From: an uncultured Eubacteriales bacterium
Lineage (GTDB): Bacteria > Bacillota > Clostridia > Oscillospirales > Acutalibacteraceae
DNA: 32,000 nt
Reading direction: 5' to 3'
Assembly (NCBI GenBank): GCA_934462705.1
Contig: CAKSIH010000003.1
Coordinates: 79,718-111,717, forward strand
The translations under genes and the position numbers were made by a program. The notes beneath the pieces are model-generated. The model saw only the letters and a program-made list of their open reading frames with translations, was not told the DNA's origin and did no database searches. Position 1 is the stretch's first letter, and each line of letters opens with the position of its first letter. Below are positions 8,809 to 20,505 of this stretch, piece after piece.

Positions 8809-9150
8809 TCAAAAATCGAGCAAGACTTTGGCCTCCTTAAGATGCTTTTTCATAACAGACCGAACCATAAAGCTTTTCACAAAGGAGGTTTTAGTTCTTG
8901 CGACAAAAACAATATCAAAACCGGGTTTAATATTTGCAACCAACTGTCTATAAGAATCCTTAATAACGCGTCTTGCACGGTTTCTTCTAACGGCCTTGCC
9001 GACTTTTTTGCTGGTCGTGATACCAAGTCTCACCTGATTAAGTCTGTTTCTGCGAACATAAGTAACAAGGATCGGAGAAACAAAGCAAGTACCTTTAGAA
9101 TAGGCGCGAAGAAACTCTTTATTTTTTTTTAGCGTTAAAATTTCAGACAC
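8809..9150 (-). CDS. rnpA: RNase P protein component RnpA
   Basis: 113-aa basic protein with [17 protein letters not shown] start with AAGGAGG 7 nt upstream. Located downstream of rpmH. Confidence 0.92.
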   Translation of the reverse strand: MSEILTLKKNKEFLRAYSKGTCFVSPILVTYVRRNRLNQVRLGITTSKKVGKAVRRNRARRVIKDSYRQLVANIKPGFDIVFVARTKTSFVKSFMVRSVMKKHLKEAKVLLDF

Positions 9151-9171
9151 AGATGCACCTCCTTGGTAAAA

Positions 9172-9216
9172 AAGAAAAAAACAGCTAAAACAAAGACCAC
9201 CAAAAACAGTGGTCTT
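9172..9216 (-). terminator. intrinsic terminator/attenuator between rpmH and rnpA
   Basis: Hairpin AAGACCAC/GTGGTCTT (9193-9216, 8-nt loop), followed on the minus-sense RNA by UGUUUUAGCUGUUUUUUU. Confidence 0.6.
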
Positions 9217-9246
9217 ATAAAAATCTAGAGAAAGGAATGCAAAAGA

Positions 9247-9381
9247 CTAGTGAGTGAGGCGATGTCTCCCTTTAGCTCTTCTGCGCGCCAAAACTCTTCT
9301 ACCGTTTCTATCAGACATTCTTTTTCTAAACCCGTGTTCTTTTTTTCTGTGAAGCTTTTTAGGCTGATAAGTTCTTAACAT
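9247..9381 (-). CDS. rpmH: 50S ribosomal protein L34
   Basis: Hand translation gives [44 protein letters not shown] (44 aa). AGGAGG lies upstream. The ORF is too short for the ORF track. Confidence 0.93.
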   Translation of the reverse strand: MLRTYQPKKLHRKKEHGFRKRMSDRNGRRVLARRRAKGRHRLTH

Positions 9382-9422
9382 AAAGACGTCCTCCTTTCAA
9401 CAAAATAGCCTTATGGTATAAC

Positions 9423-9452
9423 ATTATACCTTAAGGAAGAGAGTTTTGTCAA
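9423..9452 (-). promoter_or_regulatory. sigma-A type promoter for rpmH
   Basis: On the minus strand, TTGACA (9452-9447), an 18-nt spacer and TATAAT (9428-9423), about 40 nt upstream of the rpmH ATG. Confidence 0.6.
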
Positions 9453-9540
9453 CCACAGAATAAAAAAATAAGATAGGGGAAAAAATAGAGGCAATTACTA
9501 AGCACAAAGTGAAAACTAATTATGGGAAATAAATAATAAA

Positions 9541-9569
9541 TTGAAAAGTAAAAAAAAATGTGTTATGCT
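9541..9569 (+). promoter_or_regulatory. candidate dnaA promoter
   Basis: TTGAAA (9541-9546), a 17-nt spacer, and TGT-TATGCT (extended -10, 9561-9569). An alternative TATAAT lies at 9570-9575. Confidence 0.4.
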
Positions 9570-9685
9570 TATAATGTATAATTTTATCATGGAGTAACTT
9601 TACCCCAAAAACAAAGAGCGATTGTAAAAACGATTCACAAAACAGCCACGATAAAAAACAAAATTAAACCCGGAGGGATACATAA

Positions 9686-11005
9686 ATGGAATCTTTTAAC
9701 GAGGCGTGGGAGCTTATTTGCGACTATTGCAAAACTCGTATTACCGACGTAGCTTATAAGACCTGGATAAGCAGAATTGAGCCAATAAGCATAGATTTTA
9801 CAACAGGTGACGCAAAGTTAATGGTGCCAAACGAGTTTCATCGGCAAACGCTAACAAGATGTTACACACCTCTACTAAACAGTGCATTTGAAGAGATATT
9901 TGGGTCCATCGGAATAAATATTTGTTTCTTGGTACCGAATCAAACCGCACAAAAACCGACATCAAATAACGACAACCTAGCAATAGACGCCGTGCCAGAG
10001 CTCACTTTCGACACATATATAGTAGGGTCATCAAACAAATTTGCACATGCTGCCTCACTGGCTGTGGCGGCAAATCCAGCAGGTTCGTATAATCCTTTGT
10101 TCATATATGGAAATTCGGGGCTTGGAAAAACGCACTTGCTTTACGCAATTTGCAACGATATAAAAAAGACACACCCCGAGATGAGGACACTGTACATAAA
10201 AGGGGATGAATTCACAAATGAGCTTATAGATTCAATAAGGAAGAGCACAACGAGAGAATTTCATCAAAAATACAGACAAACAGATATCTTATTGGTGGAC
10301 GACATACAATTTATAGCAGGAAAAGACTCAACACAAGAGGAATTTTTCCATACATTTAATACATTATACGAAGCAAAAAAACAAATAGTACTCACATCTG
10401 ACAGACCACCAAAAGAAATTCAAACATTAGAAGACAGGCTGCGCACAAGGTTCGAGTGGGGCCTAATTGCAGATATTCAGCCACCAGATTTTGAAACAAG
10501 AATAGCGATTATAAAAAGAAAAGCGGAACTTTTAGATATCGAAATTCCACACGAAGTTTGTGAGTTTATAGCAACCAAGCTAAAAACAAATATTCGTCAG
10601 CTAGAAGGCGCAGTGAAGAAGATGAAAGCATACTATCTGTTGCAAGGGGACACACCAAGTAAACAAACAGCGCAGGCAGCAATTTCAGATATACTTAACA
10701 ACGATCAGCCGCCGCCACTTACAGTTGAAAAGATAATCGAAGAAGTTGCGCGAACCTTTGGAGTCACAGCAGATGAGATTCGGTCATCCAAAAGATCATC
10801 AGTAATATCGAATGCACGACAGGTTGCCATGTATGTGGCAAGGGAAATTACGCAACTTTCCATGAGTTTAATCGGCAAAGAATTCGGAAAAAGAGATCAT
10901 TCCACAGTGGTATATGCAATACAACAGGTGGAGAAAAATATGGCATTAAACCCTAAAACAAAAGCGATGATAGAAGACACTATAAAGAACATTCGAGACA
11001 GGTAG
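9686..11005 (+). CDS. dnaA: chromosomal replication initiator DnaA
   Basis: 439 aa with Walker A GNSGLGKTHLL, Walker B LLVDDIQF and the domain IV signature RDHSTVVYA. GGAGGG lies 8 nt upstream of the ATG. Confidence 0.97.
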   Translation: MESFNEAWELICDYCKTRITDVAYKTWISRIEPISIDFTTGDAKLMVPNEFHRQTLTRCYTPLLNSAFEEIFGSIGINICFLVPNQTAQKPTSNNDNLAIDAVPELTFDTYIVGSSNKFAHAASLAVAANPAGSYNPLFIYGNSGLGKTHLLYAICNDIKKTHPEMRTLYIKGDEFTNELIDSIRKSTTREFHQKYRQTDILLVDDIQFIAGKDSTQEEFFHTFNTLYEAKKQIVLTSDRPPKEIQTLEDRLRTRFEWGLIADIQPPDFETRIAIIKRKAELLDIEIPHEVCEFIATKLKTNIRQLEGAVKKMKAYYLLQGDTPSKQTAQAAISDILNNDQPPPLTVEKIIEEVARTFGVTADEIRSSKRSSVISNARQVAMYVAREITQLSMSLIGKEFGKRDHSTVVYAIQQVEKNMALNPKTKAMIEDTIKNIRDR

Positions 11006-11221
11006 CTAAAAAGTTGAAAACTAATTAACAATTCAACAAAAGCTGTTAAATTAGAGAAAATTAGGGGTCAAAGTTTTAAACAAAAATTAAACAATTAACA
11101 AAAAGTATTCAACAGAGACGTTGAAAAAAATTAATGGAGTTAAAAAAGAGAAAAGAAATTAACAAAGGACAAACAACATACAAGCATTGTTTAAATAACG
11201 AACAACCTGGGCTCGATAAAA

Positions 11222-11292
11222 TTTTCAACAAATTAACAGGCCCTACTGCTATTACTATAATTTAAAAATATTAAATGCTATAAAAATAAAAG
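11222..11292. other. oriC: putative oriC unwinding module: tandem box-like 9-mers, GC cluster, DnaA-trio-like repeats, AT-rich tract
   Basis: TTTTCAACA (11222-11230) and AAATTAACA (11230-11238) are followed by GGCCC. Then come CTA CTG CTA TTA CTA TAA (11243-11260) and a nearly pure A/T run to about 11292, immediately upstream of dnaN. Confidence 0.5.
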
Positions 11293-11305
11293 GACGGTAG
11301 ATTCA

Positions 11306-12412
11306 ATGAAAATAATGTGCAATCGCGCAAGTCTTGTTGAAGCAGTGTTAAATGTTCAAAGAGCTGTTTCTACAAAATCATGTTTAACAGCACTTGAAGG
11401 AATTCTAATAAAAACGCAAGAGGATAAAATTGAACTATGCGGGTATGACCTTGAAATCGGAATAACAACCACAGTTCCCGCGAATATATCAGAACCTGGA
11501 GAAATAATAATAGGAGCAAAAATTTTTTCCGACATAATAAGACGATTGCCGGGAGGGGATATAGAAATCACCTCAGACGACAAACTGGTAACAACAATAA
11601 AAAGCGAAACCAGTGTATTCTCGCTATCGGGGCTGCCGGCAAGCGATTACCCAGAATTACCAAGCGTAGAAAGCCACGCAACATTTTGCATAAGTACAAC
11701 TGCACTGAAAAGCATGATAAAGCAAACCATATTTGCAGTCTCGGATTCTGATTCAAAACCCATAAATACAGGAACCCTTTTTGAAATCAGCAATGGTAAT
11801 ATTAATCTCGTTTCTGTAGATGGCTACAGACTTGCCAAAAGAACCGAGAAAATCGACATGAAAGAGGAATGCAAATTTGTAGTTCCAGGAAAAACACTAA
11901 ACGAAATTCTAAAACTCATTCCTGAAAAAGATGAACCAGTGACAGTAATCGTAGGAAGACGACATATTACCTTCAAGGTGGGGAATTATAATATAATTTC
12001 AAGGCTGCTTGAAGGAGAGTTTCTTGATTATACATCAGCCATCCCAACAGAGCACAACACAAACATAATAGCAAATACAAGAAACCTAATCGATAGCATC
12101 GAAAGGGTTTCTCTGGTGATCACAGACCGCTTAAAAAGCCCGATCCACTGCATTTTTGCTAACAATAGCGTAAAAATCTCATGCATAACAAATATTGGCA
12201 GAGCCAATGACGAGACAGACCTTATAATGGAAGGCGACAATTTGGAAATAGGTTTCAACAATCGTTATTTACTAGATGCATTACGCAACTCCGACACCGA
12301 TGAAGTACGCTTGCAAATGAACGGTCCACTGGGTCCTTTAAAAATTCTCCCAAAGGAAGGGGAATCTTTCATATTTTTAGTACTGCCGGTGCGCTTAAAG
12401 GCAGGAGAATAG
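11306..12412 (+). CDS. dnaN: DNA polymerase III beta sliding clamp
   Basis: 368-aa ORF following dnaA. The N-terminus has the typical DnaN pattern (MKIMCNRASLVEAVLNVQRAV) and the C-terminus ends LVLPVRL. Confidence 0.95.
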   Translation: MKIMCNRASLVEAVLNVQRAVSTKSCLTALEGILIKTQEDKIELCGYDLEIGITTTVPANISEPGEIIIGAKIFSDIIRRLPGGDIEITSDDKLVTTIKSETSVFSLSGLPASDYPELPSVESHATFCISTTALKSMIKQTIFAVSDSDSKPINTGTLFEISNGNINLVSVDGYRLAKRTEKIDMKEECKFVVPGKTLNEILKLIPEKDEPVTVIVGRRHITFKVGNYNIISRLLEGEFLDYTSAIPTEHNTNIIANTRNLIDSIERVSLVITDRLKSPIHCIFANNSVKISCITNIGRANDETDLIMEGDNLEIGFNNRYLLDALRNSDTDEVRLQMNGPLGPLKILPKEGESFIFLVLPVRLKAGE

Positions 12413-12442
12413 TTTTTCTCAATTTTTGAAAGGTAAGAAAAA

Positions 12443-12655
12443 ATGGAAACAATAAAAATACAAATATCTGGCGATTACATCCGGCTAGACGCAATTCTTA
12501 AGCTTGCAGGAGTGGTGCCAACGGGTGGTCAGGCAAAACTTTTAATTCAAAATGGCAAGGTTTTAGTCAATGACGAAATTTGCACGCAACGGGGCAAAAA
12601 AATCATCGTCGGCAGCAGAATTCAAGCGGAAAATACAATCATAGAGGCAAGTTAA
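12443..12655 (+). CDS. yaaA: S4-domain RNA-binding protein YaaA
   Basis: 70-aa ORF between dnaN and recF, with the S4-like motifs IRLDAILKLAGVVPTGGQAK and NGKVLVNDE. Confidence 0.85.
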   Translation: METIKIQISGDYIRLDAILKLAGVVPTGGQAKLLIQNGKVLVNDEICTQRGKKIIVGSRIQAENTIIEAS

Positions 12656-12656
12656 G

Positions 12657-13757
12657 TTGACAATACGGGAACTTAAATTTAAAAATTTTAGAAATCTGAA
12701 GCCAGGCAAGATGCAGCCAAGCGAAACCATAAATGTAATCCACGGTGAAAACGCTCAAGGAAAAACCAATTTGATTGAGGCAATGTGGCTATTCACAGGA
12801 GGGAGATCTTTTCGCGCCACTAAAGATGCGGATCTCACCATGTTTGGAGAAAACCGGACAGAACTTGAAATGGAATTAAAAACGCAGGGGCGCAATCAAG
12901 ATATAAAAATATCCATAGAAAAAGGCGCGCGAAAAGTTGAAGTAAACATGGTGCAAAAACGGTCGTCAGAGATGATAGGTAAATTTTGTGCAGTGGTTTT
13001 CTCGCCAACACATCTATCGCTCATAAAAGACGGACCATCGCAAAGGCGGCGCTTTTTGGATGCAGCAATATGTCAGCTGTGGCCAATTTACGCAAAGAAT
13101 TTAATAAAATACAACAAGACGATAAATCAACGAAACGCGCTTTTAAAAAGCTGCAAACAAAGCTCTCGATTCAGCAATACCATAGAAATCTGGGATGAAA
13201 GCCTGGCTGTGTGCGCAGCAGAAATTACAAAAAAACGATTGGAATACATAAAACTACTTCAAGATTATGCCGTAAGTGCTTACCACGGAATTTCTTCTGG
13301 AAAAGAGGAGTTAAGTTTGCAGTATAAATCAAGTTTGCCGAAGGGCGAAGTTGAAAATGCAAATGAGGCAGCACTTTCAGAACTATATTTACAAGTTTTT
13401 CAAAAGAGCAAAAATGAAGATTTTGCTCTGGGTTTTACAACAAAAGGCCCACATCGGGATGATTTTGACATAAAAGTAAACGGCAAACATGCAAGAATGT
13501 TTAGTTCACAAGGGCAGCAAAGAAGCGTAGTTTTGGCAATGAAGCTTGCAGAGGCGAAGATAATTGAAAAAGAGCGGTATGAAAGCCCGGTAATTCTGCT
13601 AGACGACGTAATGAGCGAGCTTGACAGCAAGCGACAAAACTACATTTTAAACGCACTGGGAAATTTACAAGTATTTATAACCTGCTGCAACCCGGAGATT
13701 TTAAACCAGATGGCGGGCGGCAAAACCTTTTTGATTGAAAAAGGGGAGATAACATGA
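12657..13757 (+). CDS. recF: DNA replication and repair protein RecF
   Basis: Walker A GENAQGKTNLIEA, the ABC signature FSSQGQQRS and Walker B ILLDDVMSELD. TTG start. Confidence 0.93.
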   Translation: MTIRELKFKNFRNLKPGKMQPSETINVIHGENAQGKTNLIEAMWLFTGGRSFRATKDADLTMFGENRTELEMELKTQGRNQDIKISIEKGARKVEVNMVQKRSSEMIGKFCAVVFSPTHLSLIKDGPSQRRRFLDAAICQLWPIYAKNLIKYNKTINQRNALLKSCKQSSRFSNTIEIWDESLAVCAAEITKKRLEYIKLLQDYAVSAYHGISSGKEELSLQYKSSLPKGEVENANEAALSELYLQVFQKSKNEDFALGFTTKGPHRDDFDIKVNGKHARMFSSQGQQRSVVLAMKLAEAKIIEKERYESPVILLDDVMSELDSKRQNYILNALGNLQVFITCCNPEILNQMAGGKTFLIEKGEIT

Positions 13758-14039
13758 AGAATTTATATTTGCATTTAGGCAAAAAAGTTGAAGTAAAAAC
13801 CACAGACATTGTTGGAGTTTTTGATCTGGATACGGCATCGTTGCAAAAGGGAACGCGCGAATTTTTAGAAAGAGTCCAAAAGGAAGGAAAAGTAATAAAC
13901 GTGTCAGAGGAATTACCAAAATCATTTACACTGGTGCAGCAAGATGGCGAAGAAGGGGTTTATGTAGGCCCGCTTATGGTATCAACATTGATGTCACGGC
14001 TGGGGATTCCCCAATTAACAATTTTGGAGAGCAATCAAA

Positions 14040-14050
<11 letters not shown>
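13754..14050 (+). CDS. remB: DUF370 / RemB (YaaB)-like protein
   Basis: 98-aa ORF overlapping the recF stop by 4 nt (ATGA). It occupies the conserved recF-remB-gyrB position seen in Bacillota. Confidence 0.75.
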
Positions 14051-16314
<2,264 letters not shown>

Positions 16315-16340
16315 TTAATTTTAACTTATGGAGGAATAAA

Positions 16341-17027
16341 ATGAACGAGCACGAAGACAAGTTAAACATTACAAGCGGAGCGAATTCCGAGGACGGAAAA
16401 ATTGTATTAACAGAGTCGGAAGAAGAATCTCAAGATGATAAACCTGACCCGTGCGAGAGCGACTGGGATGGCACGGAATCGGAATTTGTGGAGGATGATG
16501 ATGCAGAGGAATACGAGGAAAAGTATAGCGGAATAAAGCTTAGCTATTCATTAAAGCGCGAGGAGATAACATCATGTTTAAAGCACGTGGGGTTTAATAA
16601 AAATAGCGGAATTCGCCAAATTGTAGAGCTATGCTTGCTGACAATCCTTGTAGTAATGTTTTTTGTAATGTATTCGGTGACGGGATTGAAAACCAATTTA
16701 GTGCTGGCTGGTTTGGCAATACTGACAATGGTGATTCTTTTGGTGGTGCCGGCTGTAAGCTTAAATATAAACGCGGAAAAAATGACAACCGGGAGACAGC
16801 TTGATGTAGAGATTTATCCTGACAGCATAGAAGTGTACAGTGGAGCGTCGAAGTGGGAAATACCAATGGATGGCAGCAGTCAATTTGAGGAATTTAATAA
16901 AATGCTGCTTGTTTATATGCCGCAAGAGAAAATATTTATTATCCCGATAAGGGCTATAGAGCCGGACTTTTTAGCAGATGTTCAGGCAATGATAGTGGCT
17001 GGAACAAGTCCGAAGACAGACGATTAA
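16341..17027 (+). CDS. hypothetical membrane protein with acidic N-terminal region
   Basis: 228 aa with a D/E-rich first 60 residues, two predicted TM helices (LCLLTILVVMFFVMY and LAGLAILTMVILLVVPAV) and a C-terminal soluble part. It may be YcxB-like, but I cannot verify this. GGAGGA lies upstream. Confidence 0.6.
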   Translation: MNEHEDKLNITSGANSEDGKIVLTESEEESQDDKPDPCESDWDGTESEFVEDDDAEEYEEKYSGIKLSYSLKREEITSCLKHVGFNKNSGIRQIVELCLLTILVVMFFVMYSVTGLKTNLVLAGLAILTMVILLVVPAVSLNINAEKMTTGRQLDVEIYPDSIEVYSGASKWEIPMDGSSQFEEFNKMLLVYMPQEKIFIIPIRAIEPDFLADVQAMIVAGTSPKTDD

Positions 17028-17067
17028 GGCAGCAAAGTATGAAAAATAAGAAAGAGGTGTCATTTTT

Positions 17068-19545
17068 TTGAATACCGATGAAAATTTAGTATTGGATTCC
17101 AAAATAATAAATGTAGAAATCGAGAAAGAAATGCAAAAGTCTTTTTTAGATTATTCAATGTCGGTAATAGTAGCAAGGGCGCTTCCAGACGTGCGAGATG
17201 GTCTAAAACCGGTACACAGACGAATTTTATACACGCTGTTTGAAAACGGACTTGGACCAGACAAAGCATACAGAAAATGTGCGGATACGGTAGGCTCGGT
17301 GTTAGGTCGGTATCATCCTCATGGAGATACTTCGGTTTACGACGCTTTGGTAAGGCTTGCTCAGGATTTTTCCATGCGATACATTTTGGTTGATGGCCAT
17401 GGAAATTTTGGTTCGGTGGACGGTGATCCGCCGGCTGCATACCGTTATACAGAGGCGAAAATGAGTAAGATGTCGGTGGAGATGCTGACGGACATAGACA
17501 AGGACACGGTAGATTTTACGCCAAACTACGATGACAGGCTTAAAGAGCCGGCAGTGTTGCCGTCGCGGTTTCCAAATCTCTTGGTGAATGGGTCAACAGG
17601 GATAGCCGTAGGCATGGCGACCAACATACCACCGCATAATTTGGGCGAGGTTGTGGATGCAATTTGCTATTTTATAGATAATCCCGATGCGACCCTGGAA
17701 GATTTAATGATGTATATAAAAGGCCCGGATTTCCCAACAGGTGCGCAAATTATGGGTCTGAGCGGTATAAGGGCGGCATATGCTACAGGGCGCGGAAAAA
17801 TTACGGTGCGGGCATGTGCAGAAATTGTTGAGGATAAAAATGGCAGATTTAAGATAGTGGTAACCGAGCTGCCATACCAAGTTAACAAGGCAAGGTTATG
17901 CGAGAGCATAGCAGAACTCGTAAAAGATAAGCGAATAGAGGGGATTTCAAATATAGAGGACCACTCTGATCGGAACGGAATGCATATTCGGATTGACCTT
18001 AAACGTGACGCGACACCGCAGGTTGTACTGAACCAACTTTACAACTATACGCAGATGCAAATAACATTTGGTGCAATAATGCTTGCAATAGTAAATGGTG
18101 AGCCCAAAATTTTGACCCTTCACGACATGATAAAGCATTATGTCGATTTTCAAATTGAGGTTATCACACGGCGTACCGTATTTAATCTGAAAAAGGCTCG
18201 CGAGAGAGCGCATATTTTAGAGGGGCTAAAAGTTGCAATTGACAACATAGACGAGGTAGTGGAGATCCTCAGGTCATCCAAATCGGTAGCAGAGGGCAAA
18301 ACCAGATTAATGGAGCGCTTTAATCTCGATGATATACAGGCTCAAGCAATAGTGCAAATGAGACTAGGCCAGTTAACGGGTCTTGAGCGCGGAAAAATCG
18401 AGGAAGAGTTGAAAGAACTAGCAGAGAAGATATCGGATTTAGAGGACATATTAGCGAATAAAGAAAGGCTTTTATCGATACTTAAAGAGGAGATAACACA
18501 AATAAAGGCAAAGTTTGCAGACGATCGCAGAACTCAGATAACCGCGGTGACCGGCGAAGTTGATATAGAGGACTTAATACCGCAAGAAGAGTGCGTTTTA
18601 ACCATGACAAACTTTGGCTACGTAAAAAGGCAGAAAATCGATGCATATAAGCTGCAAAAGCGTGGCGGCAAGGGAATCTCAGGAATGACACGACGCGAAG
18701 AGGACTTTGCGAGTGAAATGTTTATAACGAATACGCATGATTACGTAATGTTCTTTACGAATTTAGGCCGAGTCTACAGGTTGAAGTGCTATGAAATTCC
18801 GGAAGGTTCCAGGTCCTCCAAGGGCACAAATATTGCAAATCTTATACCAATAGTGCCAAACGAAAAAGTAAATGCAATGATAAAGGTCTCAGCGTTTGAT
18901 GACGAACACTATCTTGTGATGGTAACACGGCATGGTATCATAAAGAGGACGCTGCTTAGTGCATATGATACGGCAAGAAAGGGCGGTTTAATTGCTATTG
19001 ACCTTGATGACGGCGATGAGCTTGCTTGGGTAACCGTTACAGATGGCTCGGCAGAGTTAATCGTGGCAACCAGGGACGGCATGGCGATAAGAATTTTAGA
19101 AACAGATATAAGACCGCTGAGCAGGGCGGCGCGAGGGGTTCGTGCGTTGACGTTAAACCCGGATGATGAGGTTGTTGGTATGGCGCATGTAAAGGAGAAT
19201 GAGCTTTTGCTGACGGTATCTGAAACAGGGTACGGAAGGCTGTCTGAATTTAGTGAATATCGCTTACAACGTAGAGGTGGCAAAGGTTTAATAAATTATC
19301 ACGTGGAAAAATACGGGAAGGTGGCATCAATAAAATCAGTAAGCCTTGATGATGATGTCATATTAATCGCAGAAAATGGAGTGATAATTAGGATAGCCGT
19401 TAACTCTATCAGGGCTTGTTCGAGGGGCTCCAAAGGTGTTAAAGTAATGAGGATCGGAGAAGGCAACAAAATAGTAGCTGTGGCCACGGCTCCTCATGAT
19501 GAAGAAGCCATGGATGAGTTTGAAGAGGTTGAAGAAGAAAGTTGA
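17068..19545 (+). CDS. gyrA: DNA gyrase subunit A
   Basis: 825 aa with the motifs [17 protein letters not shown] and the active-site region [10 protein letters not shown], plus an acidic C-terminal tail. TTG start 8 nt after AAAGAGGTG. Confidence 0.97.
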   Translation: MNTDENLVLDSKIINVEIEKEMQKSFLDYSMSVIVARALPDVRDGLKPVHRRILYTLFENGLGPDKAYRKCADTVGSVLGRYHPHGDTSVYDALVRLAQDFSMRYILVDGHGNFGSVDGDPPAAYRYTEAKMSKMSVEMLTDIDKDTVDFTPNYDDRLKEPAVLPSRFPNLLVNGSTGIAVGMATNIPPHNLGEVVDAICYFIDNPDATLEDLMMYIKGPDFPTGAQIMGLSGIRAAYATGRGKITVRACAEIVEDKNGRFKIVVTELPYQVNKARLCESIAELVKDKRIEGISNIEDHSDRNGMHIRIDLKRDATPQVVLNQLYNYTQMQITFGAIMLAIVNGEPKILTLHDMIKHYVDFQIEVITRRTVFNLKKARERAHILEGLKVAIDNIDEVVEILRSSKSVAEGKTRLMERFNLDDIQAQAIVQMRLGQLTGLERGKIEEELKELAEKISDLEDILANKERLLSILKEEITQIKAKFADDRRTQITAVTGEVDIEDLIPQEECVLTMTNFGYVKRQKIDAYKLQKRGGKGISGMTRREEDFASEMFITNTHDYVMFFTNLGRVYRLKCYEIPEGSRSSKGTNIANLIPIVPNEKVNAMIKVSAFDDEHYLVMVTRHGIIKRTLLSAYDTARKGGLIAIDLDDGDELAWVTVTDGSAELIVATRDGMAIRILETDIRPLSRAARGVRALTLNPDDEVVGMAHVKENELLLTVSETGYGRLSEFSEYRLQRRGGKGLINYHVEKYGKVASIKSVSLDDDVILIAENGVIIRIAVNSIRACSRGSKGVKVMRIGEGNKIVAVATAPHDEEAMDEFEEVEEES

Positions 19546-19669
19546 GAAAATAAAATCAGGCATAATTTGGGGAGCACGAGGAGAATCAAAAAAATGCGAT
19601 ATATCCAGAATATCGTAATGAAAAAGTCCCAAATAAGATTAAAAAATTAAAATTTTAGAAAAAATAAAA

Positions 19670-19705
19670 AGTTTTCAACGAATTTTTAAAAGTTTGTTGA
19701 AAACT
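19670..19705. repeat. inverted repeat AGTTTTCAAC-N16-GTTGAAAACT upstream of rpe
   Basis: Perfect 10-bp arms (19670-19679 and 19696-19705) with a 16-nt AT-rich spacer. The core and spacing are the same as at 6560-6591. Confidence 0.6.
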
Positions 19706-19738
19706 TTGCTTCTAGAGGGCAACAAGAGGAGGGTTACG

Positions 19739-20398
19739 ATGGAGATATCACCATCAATGCTGGCAAGCAACTTTGCAAATTTGAGCGATGAATTGAAGAA
19801 AATTGAGAAAAATGGCGCGGACTACGTGCATTTAGATGTAATGGATGGAATGTTTGTTCCGAATATCACGTTTGGTGCGCCAGTTATAAAATCGATGCGA
19901 AAGTACAGTGTACTGCCTTTTGACGTGCATTTAATGATAAATGAGCCATTTAGGTATATAGACGACTTCGTGAAGGCTGGCGCAGATATTATAACATTTC
20001 ATGTAGAGGCTGAATCGGATATAGAGGGTACAATCCATAAAATAAAGAGCGGTGGTGTAAAATGTGGATTATCAATAAAACCGGGAACGCCAGTAGAGGA
20101 GTTGTATCCTTTTATAAAAGAGATTGATTTAGCGCTAGTTATGACGGTTGAGCCGGGGTTTGGGGGTCAAAAGTTTATGCCGGAAATGATGGAGAAAGTA
20201 AGGCTTTTGAAAGATAAGATAACGGAAACCGGTGCGGCAGTAAAAATAGAGGTTGACGGCGGCATAGATGAAAAAACAGCAAAACTAGCAGGGGCCAGCG
20301 GTGTGGATATTTGTGTAGCAGGGACAGCAATTTTTAATGCAAGCAATATGCAAGCAAGTATAAAAGCAATAAAAAACGGTAACCATAAGCAAATATAA
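19739..20398 (+). CDS. rpe: ribulose-phosphate 3-epimerase
   Basis: Motifs HLDVMDGMFVPNITFG, DVHLM and MTVEPGFGGQKF. ATG 19739 follows GAGGAGGG. The track TTG at 19694 lies inside the inverted repeat and adds 15 non-conserved residues. Confidence 0.93.
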   Translation: MEISPSMLASNFANLSDELKKIEKNGADYVHLDVMDGMFVPNITFGAPVIKSMRKYSVLPFDVHLMINEPFRYIDDFVKAGADIITFHVEAESDIEGTIHKIKSGGVKCGLSIKPGTPVEELYPFIKEIDLALVMTVEPGFGGQKFMPEMMEKVRLLKDKITETGAAVKIEVDGGIDEKTAKLAGASGVDICVAGTAIFNASNMQASIKAIKNGNHKQI

Positions 20399-20426
20399 AG
20401 TGTATAAGGTTTGGACATAAATGAGG

Positions 20427-20488
20427 GCGCGGGGGCGCGATCGAACGGAGTTTAGTCGTTCGGCCGCGCCCCCGCGCTTCCGGTTTTT
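20427..20488. terminator. GC-rich bidirectional terminator hairpin between rpe and the XRE gene
   Basis: A 13-bp stem GCGCGGGGGCGCG/CGCGCCCCCGCGC plus an inner 6-bp stem CGAACG/CGTTCG, followed by TTCCGGTTTTT. Confidence 0.7.
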
Positions 20489-20505
20489 GCAAGTATAAAA
20501 AGTAA

